Source: Octopus vulgaris
Taxonomy: Eukaryota
Reading direction: 5' to 3'
NCBI GenBank assembly: GCA_951406725.2
Contig: OX597820.1
Coordinates: 113,770,001-113,834,000 of the forward strand
DNA: 64,000 nt
Each line of letters begins with the position of its first letter. Positions within the stretch are counted from its first letter, which is position 1. The position numbers and the translations under genes are program-made. The notes beneath the pieces are model-generated. The model worked only from the letters and a program-made list of their open reading frames with translations, was not told the origin of the DNA and searched no databases. Shown here one piece after another: positions 1 to 13,238 of the stretch.

Positions 1-2
1 CT

Positions 3-3000
3 TGTGATGAAATAATACAGGTGTCGGAAGACGGAGATCATGCCAGCAGCGAAGACACAACAGATCAAGAAAGTAGCTCAGAATCTTCAAAATCGGTAGA
101 AGAATCAAACAGTGAAATAAGTGAACCAGATTCTGCAGAAAGTTCAGGAATTATTGCTGCAGATTTAGAAGAACTGCCTCCGTTTTCTCCTCAACAAACA
201 TCAGAGGAGAGAAATCTTGAAGATAGCGACGAAAAAGTCTTCAATGAGGAAGACCAGAAAGACACATCTCATGAAGAGTCAAAAGAATTTATAACCACTG
301 AAGAGGGGGAAACAGAGCTCGAATTGTCGCCAGTTATTTCTAAGATTGATAACTTAGAAGATGGCTGCATCGAAAACACGGTCGAAATTACAGTCGTTAC
401 AGATGAAGATTTGTCCGGTGACTTGTTGCCGGAATCAGATATTCTCAAAAATGAAGAAGATGCAAGGGCTCAGTCAGTGGACACTGATGTTGACGCAGAA
501 TTTATTGTGACATCTTCTGGGTCCTCAGATATTGTAACACCAGAAGAGAATCTTGAATCTAAAATTAAAAGAAAGCCACCAGTTCCACTACCAAGAACAA
601 CTTCCAAGTCAGAAGCAAAGGATTCTAACAAGGAATCAGAATCATCTGAAGAAATCGAAGATTTAATAGACACGGAATCAATGAATGATTATACGGAAGA
701 TGGACAAACTTCAGTAGAAAGTAAAAGTAAAAAACCAGTTCCTTTACCAAGAAGTGGTGTTAAAGCGGCTGAAACGGTAAAAGAATCACCTGAAACTGAC
801 GAATCTATAGAGGAACAGTTCAGAGATCTTTCGAGCAGATTTAACATGTTGCCACCAGAAATGGGTGAGAAACTAAATTTCAAAAAGAAACCTCCAAAGT
901 TACCGCCAAAATCTAAACTTAGTGGTGAACCAAATAGCACCGAAGAAATTAATTCTTGCGATGAGGAATCTGAAAATAATGATTCTGAAGAAATTAAAGA
1001 TATCAAAAGCAGATTAAGTATGTTGCCAGCAGAAATGGGTTTCAAACTTAATTTTAAGAAGAAAACTCCACCGCCACCACCATCGAAACTTGCAACAAAA
1101 GAAGATAAGGCAGGTGAAATACCTGAAGCTGAAAGTGACGCTCATAATGAGGAAGAGAAGTTAATTGAAAATATAGAGATAAAGGAACAGGACAATAAAA
1201 TCGAACCAATATGTTCTGGCACTGAAGACGCTGATGATGCACAAATGGATCTAAAACGAAGAATGAGTATGCTATCGGCAGAAATGGGAGTTGAAATTAA
1301 TTTGAGGAAGAAAAGCCCTCCAAGTCCAGCACCAAAGGTAAAAAGGAGCGATAATTCAATTAACGCGGAAGAAAATAAATTAATTGAAGGCGACAAAGGC
1401 TCTGAAAGTATTGACGGGTTGGAGCAAGTTTCTGATAACATCAGTAATACGGACGATTCAGACGAACAATCAATGGATTTAAAAAGTCGGCTAAATAAAT
1501 TATCTAACGAGATGGGAACTCAAGTAACTCTGAAGAAATCAGCCCCGGTACCGCCACCTAAATTTACCAAAGACAAAACGAAATTACAATCGGAAGATGA
1601 TGAAGAAGAAATGGATTTGAAGTCACGAATGAATAAACTTTCTTCAGAGATGGGTACTGAAATTAATTTAAAGAAAACCAAAAAACCCCCAGTGCCTTTA
1701 CCAAAGACTGCAGCGGCAAAGATCAATAGTGTGACGGAGGTAGAGTCAGAAGATCCAGAGGAAAGTGGGGAGACCTCTTGTACATTCGTTATTTCTACAA
1801 GTATTAATGACGTAGAATGTGATGAATCAGGTAGTTTTACGTTTGTAATCAACAGTGATGCTACGGAAGATCAAACCGTATTTGCAGTCAGCGATAGTTC
1901 TGGAACAAAATCTGAAACAACTACAGACGGTGACGTAAAAACAGCCGATAGCAGCGCAAATAAAGCAGAAGGTGATGATGAGAACTCTAACAGTTTTACT
2001 TTTACAATCAATGAAGTGGCTGATAGTGATCAACCGAATTCTTATGACATCACTATATGTCCTACAGAAACAAATGAGGCCCCAGTGGTGGAAGAGAAGA
2101 AACCAGAACCGGAAGTTAAAAAAGAATTAACCGCCGAAGAGAAGACTAAAGAGAGGTTAAAGAGAATATCGGAGATGCTGGAGGAGGAACGGAAGAAGCC
2201 GAAGGAGAGTGCTGTTGACGCCATGAAACGGAGGTTAAGTGGAAGTTTTCTGCAAGAGGAAGTAAAAGTCGATCCTGTCAAAAGGAGAAGCAGTCTTACC
2301 AGTAAACCGGCACCGAAAAAACTTGGCAATTTAGGAAATTTACAGAAGAAATTTGGCGCTGCCAATGCACCTGGAATTGACTTTGATTCTATGAAACGAA
2401 GATATGGTCTGTTACCAGCTAAAGACAGTGTCAAAAAGACGGCACCAGTTGAAAAGAAAGACAATAAACTATCTAAAGGTAAAGATTCGTCCGCTAAAAA
2501 CGAAAATGTTGCTGTTGAAACCGAAACGAAAAATGCTGCCGAACCTTGTCCGATGACAACAGAAGACCAAGGAGACAAAACCAAAAATACTGAAGTTAAG
2601 GTTGACCAAACAGATGGAACTGTTGGAATCGATGTAATCGAAGAAAAAGTAAGCGATAAAGGTAAGGAAGACGTAAATGAAAAGAGTAAAGTGGAAATGA
2701 TCGATAGAGGCGAGGAGAAAGTTATCGATAAAGAAAAAACAGCTGATATACCTGAGAGTGGGGACAAACAGACGACTGTAGAAAAGAATGCCGATGACTT
2801 AAAATCTTCAAAAGAGATTATTGAACCGGAAGACAGTTCTAAAGAACTGAAGGCTGTTTCGTCTGAGCTCGATCGTAAAGATAGTATTGATTCGAAAGAA
2901 TTATCAAACCAGAAACAAGAAATCCCAGACGCTCTGGAAGAAACCGAATGTAAACCTGGTGTTAGTTTACAGAAATCTGATGAAGAAAAAATTAGCGATA

Positions 3001-6000
3001 AAATGTCTGAAGATAAAAGTCAGTCTAGTTCCGAAGAATTAAGCATTCAAAAACCTTTTTCTGTTACTGAAAGTACCGAAGATGTCTCTAAAGTAGAAAC
3101 CAAAGAGTCTCGGAAACTGGAGAATTCAGAAAAGCTTTCAAAGGCTCTTGAAAGTTCTTCAGATCTTAACAGGGATCAAAACTCTGTGAAGGATTCAAGT
3201 CTTGAAAAACAGGAAGGTTTGAGACAACCTACAGTTTTGGATCCAAAGGAATCTGGACAATATGATGATGTAGAAGATAGTGATACAGACAAAACATCTG
3301 ATAATGAGTCTTCGGTGGAAACTTCCAGAGAAAAACCAGCTGGAACTATTAAAGATGATCTCGAGGTCGATGACTCTCAAAAAATATTGCATGAAGAAAA
3401 TAATAAACTTGAAGTAAAACAGGAAGAAGATAATAAGGTAGGATTAAAGCAGGAAGAAGATAATAAGGTAGGAGTAAAACAAGAAGATAATAAGGTAGGA
3501 GTAAAACAAGAAGATAATAAACTTGAAGTAAAACAGGAAGAAGATAATAATCTGGGGTTAAAAGGGAAAGAAGATATTAAACTGGGCGCAAATGAAATCA
3601 ATATTTTCTCAGACGACACAAGTAATGAAAAGTTAAAATCCAGCTACGATGTCCAAGAAGACTCTTGCGAATCTAATTCCCAAACAGAACAAACACTCTC
3701 TGATAAGGTGGATGAAAGTGAAGGTCAAACTAACATCACCAGCAAAAATGTATCACAGCAACAAGTAACTGCTAAAGAAGGGGATGCATCGGCAAAAGAA
3801 CAGCCATTAAGTGATGTAGATTTTTCTACAAAATATATTGCTAACGAAGATAATCGGGATGCTGAGTTAGCGCAGGTAAAGGACAGTCAGGAGCCTGTTG
3901 CTAATGATGATATTCAGAATGCCAAGTTAGCCCAAATAAAGGATAATGAGAATGCTGAAAATAGGCGCCAAGGACCCAAGAATGATATCAAAGTTGAGGG
4001 CTTTAATATTGGTTTGCCAGAAAATATTGTCGGCACTGATAGTGAAGAAACGGATGAAGAATCTCCGAAAGTTCCACTCGATAAGGCATTCATCTTTGAT
4101 CAGTTCAGGGATGCTGACGAAGAGGAAGATAATGCTGATGAGGATGAAGCTGAAGAGGATGATGACAGTGAAGAAATCGTAGAACGTTCGGGCGGCAAAT
4201 CAAGTAATTCACTTCCGACTGAGGAATTAGTCGTTAAAGGTTTGAAGGAAAATCAAAATGTTGTTCGTCAGTCACAGTCAAAAGGTAAAAATAAGAAATT
4301 TACCAAAAGCTTTGATGGTGACCGAAATATGGACGAGATACTGAGCACCACCGAGATTCCATCGGCAAAAGCTTTATCAAAGGAAAGAACTGTGAACTAT
4401 AATGAATACGAGTCGAAGTTAGATAACGAAAAAGCTAAAGAGCCTAAGTCCGTCACTTTAGATGAGAAGTCATTTGACTGCACTAGCTCCACCAAAGATA
4501 CTCGAAGTAACAAGACACGACGTGCAAAGACAAAGTCGAAAATTAATACCCAACAAAATACTGAAGAGAGCAAAACTGACATTGACAGCAAATATGAAAA
4601 AACTAGTAAAATTGATGATAACAGTGAAATGGTGACATCACAAGATGAAATTTCTAAACTTGCTGCAAATACTGAACCACAATCGTCTTCCGATAACACG
4701 GATGTTTTGCAAGATATTATTCATAATATTAAGCAAACATTGCAAGAACGTAAACTTAGCGACAACATTATATCTACGGTTATAGAATCATTGAAAACCA
4801 AAGAGATTTTGGCTGATGTAACAAAAACGGAAGTAACAAGCAAACCTGATGTTCCATTCACCTCACACATTCCTGATGAGATTCTATCAGAAAACGCGGT
4901 CCAGAATAGCAAACCCAGCCTGAACGAAAATGTTGATTTAAAGTCAGGCCCCAGTATCGACATTTTCGTATCCGAAAATGAAAAACTTGATGATAAGTTT
5001 TCCAATAAGGCAAATCTTGCTGAAGCATCAGAAGTAATTAAAGACTTTCCCAGTTCTATTGATATATCGAGTGAAGAAAACTATCCATCTATTTCATTTG
5101 ATAAAGAAAGCCATGATAAAGATGGCTCAAATGGGATGATTTTTGAAGATTCTTGCGAAACCATTGCCCTTGAATCTCGTCAGAAAGATCTTAACGATGA
5201 TGTTGTTGTTGTTCTCCCGGCTATCAGTTCCACAGGGAACGATGAAAATGATGATATGGATGTTTTTCTGGATGCAAATGAAAATATTGTTACTGATTCG
5301 AATATTGATATTAAAGATGAACCTGAACAGTCGGGAGAATTTTTCTTCACCATATCTACGGAATTAGAAAATGCTGGAGAAGAAGAAAATGACAATGAAT
5401 TAAACGTCGTGTTTTACATCGATGATAAACAGTCAGAATTATCAGAAGATGCAGACGACAAATCCGAAGTGCAAGACGACAATTTATTTGATGGTTCTGA
5501 AACCAACGTTGAATTTACTCTGGATTATACATTTAATGAAGACGATGTTTGTGAGGAGAAATACGTACTGAATGACGATGCTATTGAGACAGAAATTCAA
5601 AGTGAAGAAGCAGAGAATAATTTGAAGCATTCTATAGATTATAATAAAATTAGTGACGGTAAGCGATGGACTTCCGAAGATATGGGCGAAGAAACCATTA
5701 CAGATAAAACTGAAGAAGAATCAACTGTTTCTGTGACGGAACATTTGTCGTCTGACATAAGTGGAGAGATAAATTTAGGAACACAGAATGAGTATAAAAT
5801 GTCAAACGACACTTTTGAAATTTCCCATCAAGATAACATTTTAGGAAAAACGAGTCCGGTTGCGTTCGAAAATGATGTTGGTAACTATAAGACCATAATG
5901 TCGTCTGAAGAAACTAATGATGATTTGAAAAAGTTTGATTCAAAAGAGTTGTCCTATCAATACTCTAAAAAGGACAGCTTTGAGTCTGACACCATGGATT

Positions 6001-8471
6001 CGTCAGAAAACTACATTAGTACTGAAAGAAACGTCGAAGATACAAATAAAGTGTCAGATACTTATTCAGATGGTTGTGATGAAGATGATGAGGTGGATAA
6101 TCTAATTGCAAACACAAGAAAACTTTTGCAAGGATTCCGTCAAATGAGGATTCGCCAAGAAGAAGAACTTGAAATCTGGCGAAATCAGAAAGACAAGGAT
6201 GTTTGTGATAGGGTGCCAACAGAGAACTTAATCGGTAAACCGCCATACGAAGACATTCTACAGATAACGAATGAATGGGACAAGACAGATAAGAGTTGTG
6301 TAGATGGCAGTGTAGATGAGACACGCAGATATCAAGAGAAAAAAACAGAGTTTAATGACACTGTAACTGTATCTCAGAAACACAAGGTTTCTGAAACGTC
6401 TTCCGTCAGTTATAGTGAGGATTTGTCACGTGACTCTCCAAGAGAGTACAATAAAGCTGACACTATATCTTCATTTAGGACAGAAACAAAATCTGAAGCT
6501 GAATCTGTGTCTAATATCTATGGAGATACATTAGACACATCTTCGAGGTACCATCAAGAGACAGATGTGTTTTCTATGCCTCCTCCCGACAAAGAAGAGT
6601 TCGATAACGACTTAACAAATGCCAAAGATATCGCAAACAATTTAGAAAATGCGAAAAGGTCCAAAAAACATACGGAAATGGAGATTCGTAGGATTCTGAT
6701 GACGGGCTTATCACCGATACGAGAATTAGATGAAGAACAGAGCTTGCCAGAAACTAACAATTTACAGGAGGAGTCTCAAGTACACAGTCTGGATATTCCT
6801 ACGAATGATACTGTCCCTGCATCTTCTGATAGTCTCATTAAAGAATGTGAAAAAGTACCGTTATTGAACATCGAAATCGAGGTTGAAGGGGAAATTTATG
6901 ATGAGACTAAACCAGTTGAGGATAAACACTTGCCACCGATAGCTACTGAGAAACACTTGCCACCGCAAACACCATACGTCAAAAGCAAAGAAGAATATAA
7001 AGACGATAACGTCGAGACTGTGATGGAAAAATGGGGTAGTATGCTTCTTCTTGATAAAGGTAGAAGTCGCAAATCAAAGCAAAAGGAGACCAAGACTCGG
7101 AAAAAGACATCAGACACTTCAGAACCATTGACTGAAAAAATATCCAATGTGTCAAAAGATCGGGAACCAACGAAAGTCTGCGATACAGTCACACCTAAGG
7201 AACCGAGTAAAGAAAAGAGTTTTGATGGTTCTAAACATTCGGAATCAACAAAAGTCCACGATACTGCTTTACTTCCGGAATCGCATAAAGAAAATAGCTT
7301 TGGTCGCTCCAAACTTCCGGAACCAATGAAAGTCGATAATACTGCTACACTTCCTGAACTAAGTAAAGAGAAGAATTTTGGTATTTCCAAGCTTTCTGAA
7401 ACAACCAAAGAACAAATCAGTGAAAAGTCCAAGATTTTAGAACCAAGGAAAGAAGATATTTGCGATTCCTCCAAATTAGCGAAACCTTTGAGAGAAAAAA
7501 TCGATGAAACCTTCAAACTTTCGGAGACAGCAAGAGAAAAGATCAGTGAAGACACGAAACTTTCGGAAACGGTTAATGAAAATATTAAAGAAACCTCCAA
7601 CGTTCCAGAAACACTCGTAGAAAAGAAGAGTGAAACCAATAAAGCAGTGGAACCTTTGAAAGAAAACAACAGCGTAAGTCGAAAACTTCCGGAACCAAAA
7701 GAAGAAAAGTTCTTCCATACCACCAAACATCTGGATTCTTCGAAAGAAAACATCAGTGATATTTCTGTGAAAAACAAGGAGGTTGAAGAGTATGGAAGGT
7801 TCCAACAAATCACAGAGGGTCAGAGAAAAGTAGAGCAAAAGAATCATTCTGAGATTGATTCTCAACCCACAAAACTAGCCGAAACCATCAGAAAGGCTGA
7901 AGATGATAAAAAGGATCAAACTCCTGAGAAAACTATTCGAAAGGATCCAAGACGAAAAGATTTAAGAACTTCAGTGAACGGTTCCTCTATGAATTCCGAA
8001 AAGCCGAAAGTCGAGCCAGTGTTAGACAAACCAAAGAAAACAAGAACTGCCGGAATGAGAAATGAGCAGCTGAAACCTTGGCTATTTTCACAAATACAAA
8101 GTCCTGAGGACGAGGAAATGGAAAGTTTCATAAAGGTTTTGACTCAAAAGGACAGCAGAGAGCGTAAGCAGAATAAAAAGGATGATGTTTCAAATTCCAC
8201 TAAGGACAGGGATGTATCACTGGATAAGAAACAAGAGGCAGAACCAGAAACCAAATACACCGAAACGCAGAAGAGTAACATTGTCGAGAGCATTGACGAT
8301 ACAAGTGTCACACACCCCAAAATATTGTCACAGACCCAAGAGGATATTGAAAGGAAATTGCTTGGAAATGACGGAATAAGTGGTGCTAAACCAAATAATG
8401 AAGTCCATGTTGAGAAACTTAATAGAAATTCTAACGTGGAAGATGATGTCAAAGAAACATCGGCAAAGATT
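3..8471 (+). CDS. Giant coding exon (5'-incomplete, >=2823 codons) of an unnamed acidic, intrinsically disordered giant protein
   Basis: Frame is open from position 3 (TGT GAT GAA ATA ATA CAG GTG...) for 8.47 kb and is E/D/K/S-rich. Strong phase-0 donor ATT|GTGAGT at 8471/8472, followed by microsatellite intron. Confidence 0.9.
3397..3560 (+). repeat. Short coding tandem repeat (27-30 bp; (E)EDNKxxVKQ, about 5-6 units)
   Basis: Repeated GAAGATAATAAGGTAGGAGTAAAACA-like units, in frame. Confidence 0.8.
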
Positions 8472-8504
8472 GTGAGTATTCGTTTATCGTGATTTTTATG
8501 AGAC

Positions 8505-8670
8505 AGATATATTTACATATATATATATACATTTACATATGCATATATATACATATGTATGCATGTATGTATGTATGTATGTATGTATGTATATATATAT
8601 ATATATAATTTCAGTAAAACAATTAAGATTCAAGTGAATTCCAATGAATTCAAATGAATTCATTTTTTCT

Positions 8671-8763
<93 letters not shown>

Positions 8764-8792
8764 GCATATATGTGTGTATATATGTGTGTGTG

Positions 8793-8834
<42 letters not shown>

Positions 8835-8867
8835 AAGAAAACGTATGAGATAGATAGACAGATAGAC

Positions 8868-8932
<65 letters not shown>
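8505..8932. repeat. Compound microsatellite (TA)n/(TATG)n/(TAGA)n
   Basis: Directly visible. Confidence 0.95.
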
Positions 8933-8933
<1 letters not shown>

Positions 8934-9110
8934 GCTCGGGGGGAAAATAACTCCTAGATTGATTGAATATATATATAACAAGTGTATCAAGCACATCGAT
9001 CCAATTTCAATATTTTACAGACAAATATAGAAAAACAGCAGCAATCTTCACAACTTTGCTTTGATGAAACCGTAATATTCTCTCCGACAATAGTTTCCTT
9101 ATTGTAGAGT

Positions 9111-9141
9111 CCGCCATATTAAACTCTGTCTCCATGGTAAC
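9111..9141. promoter_or_regulatory. YY1-like motif plus RFX X-box; candidate internal promoter
   Basis: CCGCCATATT (9111-9120) fits YY1 CCGCCATNTT. GTCTCCATGGTAAC (9128-9141) fits the X-box consensus GTYNCY-AT-RGNAAC. Both lie in a unique-sequence island between microsatellites. Confidence 0.4.
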
Positions 9142-9299
9142 GGCCGAGCTAAATCCAGCATTCAGCCTTCTGGTGTGAATTCTTCGTTGGTCTGTGTGTC
9201 ATTTATTTCGGTAAATCTTCCACACGGCACAATCTCTCTTCTTCGCCATCATTACTCTCGCCTTCATTTTCTCACCCCTTTTTTTTCCCTCACATTTAA

Positions 9300-10013
9300 A
9301 CATATACACATACACATGCGTGCACATGCACACATAAACACATAGACACACAAATACGCGCTAACACACACACATACAAACTGATCAAAACATACGCACA
9401 CGCACACACACATACACACACACATACGCACACATACGCACATGTGCGCTGTATGTATATACATATACATATATGTGTGTGTGTGTACATACAAATATAC
9501 ATGCAATTATATATAGACACACACAAGCACATACATACATACATACATACATTCATACATACATTCATACATACATACATACATACATACATACATACAT
9601 ACATACATACATACATACATTCATTCATACATGCATACATACATACATGCATACATACATTCATACATACATACATACATACATACATACATTCATACAT
9701 ACATACATACATACATACATACATACATACATACATACATACATACATACATACATGCATACATACATACATACATATATTCATACATACATACATACAT
9801 ACATGCATGCATACATACATACATACATACATACATACATACATACATACATACATGCATGCATACATACATACATACATACATTCATACATACATACAT
9901 ACATTCATACATACATACATACATACATACATACATACATACATACATACATACATACATACATACATACATACATACATACATACATACATACATACAT
10001 ACATACATACATA
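9300..10013. repeat. (CA)n and long (CATA)n microsatellite
   Basis: Directly visible; about 480 bp of CATA-type units. Confidence 0.95.
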
Positions 10014-10279
10014 GAAGAATATATGAGCAACCATATATATGTGTATGTGCGTAGCTAATCACGAGTGACGTACAACAAAGTCCCAGAATTCTCCACCAAA
10101 TTTAAAAGAAGGTCAATCGGTAAATTCTTCATTTTTACCATTTATTCCCTGCACAATTCCACCACTCCTCAGCATGATTGTTCTTTAGTACAAGCATATT
10201 ACACGCTATATATTTTCCACACACACTTGTCCCGGACGGCAGGCATCGATCCCTCAGTAGTGGTGGAAGTAGTAGTAGC

Positions 10280-10341
<62 letters not shown>

Positions 10342-10487
10342 GCATTTCTGTGCCATAGGTGCCATAGGTGCCAATTTTTTTGTAAAACAGAAGTATAATA
10401 AATAGATAGATACATACATACATACATACATAGATATATAGATATGCATATGTGTATATATGTGTGTGTGTGTACACACACATACAC

Positions 10488-10561
<74 letters not shown>

Positions 10562-10577
10562 TTATATATACATATAC

Positions 10578-10617
<40 letters not shown>

Positions 10618-10619
10618 GT

Positions 10620-10689
<70 letters not shown>

Positions 10690-12368
10690 TGCATCGATCA
10701 GATTATCAGATGTTGGTCATAAATCGCTGTTCCTAAATGCAGTCCCTTGAATCGTCTTAGCTTCCGAATGATGTCTATTTAATACATATATATATATTTA
10801 TACATGCAAATAACATGTGTGTATGTGTGTGTATCGTTGTTATTATGCAAAAGTGTCGTAAGTCCAAAACGTTGCTTTTTCAAAAAAAATCTAGTTTCAT
10901 GATTCCATAGCAAAACCGTTGCACTACATTTCGACAATTTTTGATATCTTGGCATCTGAAGCAGCTGTAGATACGATAGTTTGACCAAAAGAACAGGGTA
11001 TTGCAAGCAAAAATAAATATTGAAAAAAAAAACGCATTTGGCCAAAGTTGGACATACGGCAGTTTAACATACTAGCAACGATATATATAGTATTTATATT
11101 TATGTATATAATATATATATATATATACCATTTTCATGTGTTAAGGCTCCGCTACCTTCACATCCAACCATCAAGACATTTGATGCTTTACCACTAAACT
11201 ATTTTTGCTCGCTTCATTGACTGAGTGTTCACTTTGAACCTGAGAAATTACTGGAGATAAGCTGTCTTGTTTGTTTCTTAATGATTTTACAAAGTATTTT
11301 GTAAACGTTAAATATATCTATGTGCATTCTCTCCGTCTCTCTCTCCCCTCTTCTTTCTCTCTCTCCTCTTCTCTCTCTTTCTCTCCTCTTCTCTCTCTCT
11401 CTCTCTCTCACTCCCGCTCTCCCTCTCTTTCTCTATCCACCTATCTATCTATTTATCTCTCACTGTCTCTTAAAACCCAGTGCACCTAGATTTTGACAGA
11501 CAAGAACATAAACTGGATGCACATAGATATACTTCTAAGAGGTCTTCAGTAAATTGATAGTGAATATTAATCAATGTTGTAATTACTCTATAAAGAAAAA
11601 CAGTGACAGAAATTTAATGCATAAATATTTGATTAAGAGTAACATACAAGTTTTCAGAAATTCTCATGGTTGCGTAAAGACAAAAAAAATTGCAGACGAT
11701 TGAGCTAAGTCTCAAACAGTTAAATCATGTGGCACGCGTCTGTGAGGTTTATTTCGTAACGTAATCCTGGCGTGTGCCTAGAGCATAGTTGATGTTGGTT
11801 CACGCTCGCATTTTTGGTTTTTCTTGTCCTTTCTTCTGTGTATGCACGTATATATGCGAAAGGGTAGAATGTATATGTATTTATGTGCAAATACTTGCAT
11901 GTATGTATTGATATTACTTAAATGTATATGCGCATGAGTAAGTGTATATATGAATCTATGAATCTATGAATATGTTGTCTCGTAAGTAGGACAACATTTA
12001 AATATTTTACTTCAAAAATCTGTCTATGTTCTGAGATTCCTTGTTCTACGCATTTCTGTTTAATTTCATTTGTTCGTACGTCTGTTTCTTTTGCGTATTT
12101 TAAAGGAGATGTAATTATATGCGATTGCGCATAACAGCACAACAATGTCTGTCAGTGGATCTCTATGTTTCTGCACTTATTGAATGCTTAATACATGTAT
12201 GTGCATGTCTGAAGGTATATATGTGCTCTTAACATATATATATATATAAGAGGTAGTTATATCCTCGAAATATATATATATATATATAATGTATACTGTC
12301 GCACGCAATTACAACAAAAGCGATATTAAGTTTCATAACTGACTGCTGTCGTGTACCTCTCCTTGCAG

Positions 12369-12440
12369 ATCGCTGATTCATCAATTGATTCTCTCCGTCA
12401 ACAACATCATGTCTCTGATAAAACCCAGCTGCCAAACCAG
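12369..12440 (+). CDS. Small phase-0 exon (IADSSIDSLRQQHHVSDKTQLPNQ)
   Basis: CCTCTCCTTGCAG| acceptor, CAG|GTAAAA donor; 72 nt, no stop. Confidence 0.65.
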
Positions 12441-12726
12441 GTAAAATATGACATTAAAAAAAAGCAACGAAACGCTATATTTTTTTCAAGATTTGACAAA
12501 AAAGGGGTGAAACATAAACGTCAGATTTGCAGGCCGTGTCAATATGGTGAGGTTGATAGTTTAATGTAATTGTGGGGAGGGGAGATCCAGCGAGGAACAT
12601 CTACGTGGTGTCTCTATCTGATAGAAATAACAGCCAAATGTCCTTCAAATCTCAGCTTCTTGTCTGAACACAGGAATGAATGCAAACATTGCTTAATGCA
12701 GTCCTACCTGTTTAAAGAAAACATAC

Positions 12727-12774
<48 letters not shown>

Positions 12775-12812
12775 GTTTCAATATATGTGTATACATGTGT
12801 TTGTATGTATGC

Positions 12813-13122
12813 GAAGGCGCTTGACTCAGTGGTTAGGGCATTCGGCTCACGATCGTAAGATCGGAAGTTCGATTCCCAGTAACGCGTTGTGTCCTTGAGC
12901 AAGACACTTTATTTCACGTTACTCCAGTCCACTCAGCTCGCAAAAATGAGTAGTACTTGTATTTCAAAGGGCCAGCTTTGTCACACTCTGTGTCACACGG
13001 AATCTCCCTCAGAACTACGTTAAGGATACACGTGTCTGTGGAGTACTCAGCAACTTGCACGTTTATTCCACGAGCAAGCTGTTCCGTTAATCGTATCAGC
13101 TCGGACCCTCGTCGTCGTAACC
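12813..13122 (+). mobile_element. tRNA-derived SINE, family B (CORE-like central motif)
   Basis: A box (TGACTCAGTGG) and B box (GTTCGATTCC), then GTGTCCTTGAGCAAGACACTT. Related copies at 14178, 17510, 28787 and 29358. Confidence 0.8.
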
Positions 13123-13205
13123 GCATGTATATTCATATATATATACACGTACATACACACATACATGTATATATGCATGTGTGTGTGCATATATGTGTGT
13201 GTGTG

Positions 13206-13237
<32 letters not shown>

Positions 13238-13238
13238 C

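Noticed and set aside
21-23. GTG start assigned by the ORF track
   Set aside because: Eukaryotic locus, and the frame is open to the window edge; the preceding CAG lacks a pyrimidine tract, so the real start or acceptor is probably upstream.
470-8452. Many minus-strand ORFs (S/L/F-rich) over giant exon 1
   Set aside because: Antisense shadows of a biased E/K/D-rich coding strand.
8496-11489. ORFs of YI/HT/CV/LSIY repeats (also throughout the introns)
   Set aside because: Translations of (TA)n, (CATA)n, (TG)n and (TAGA)n microsatellites.
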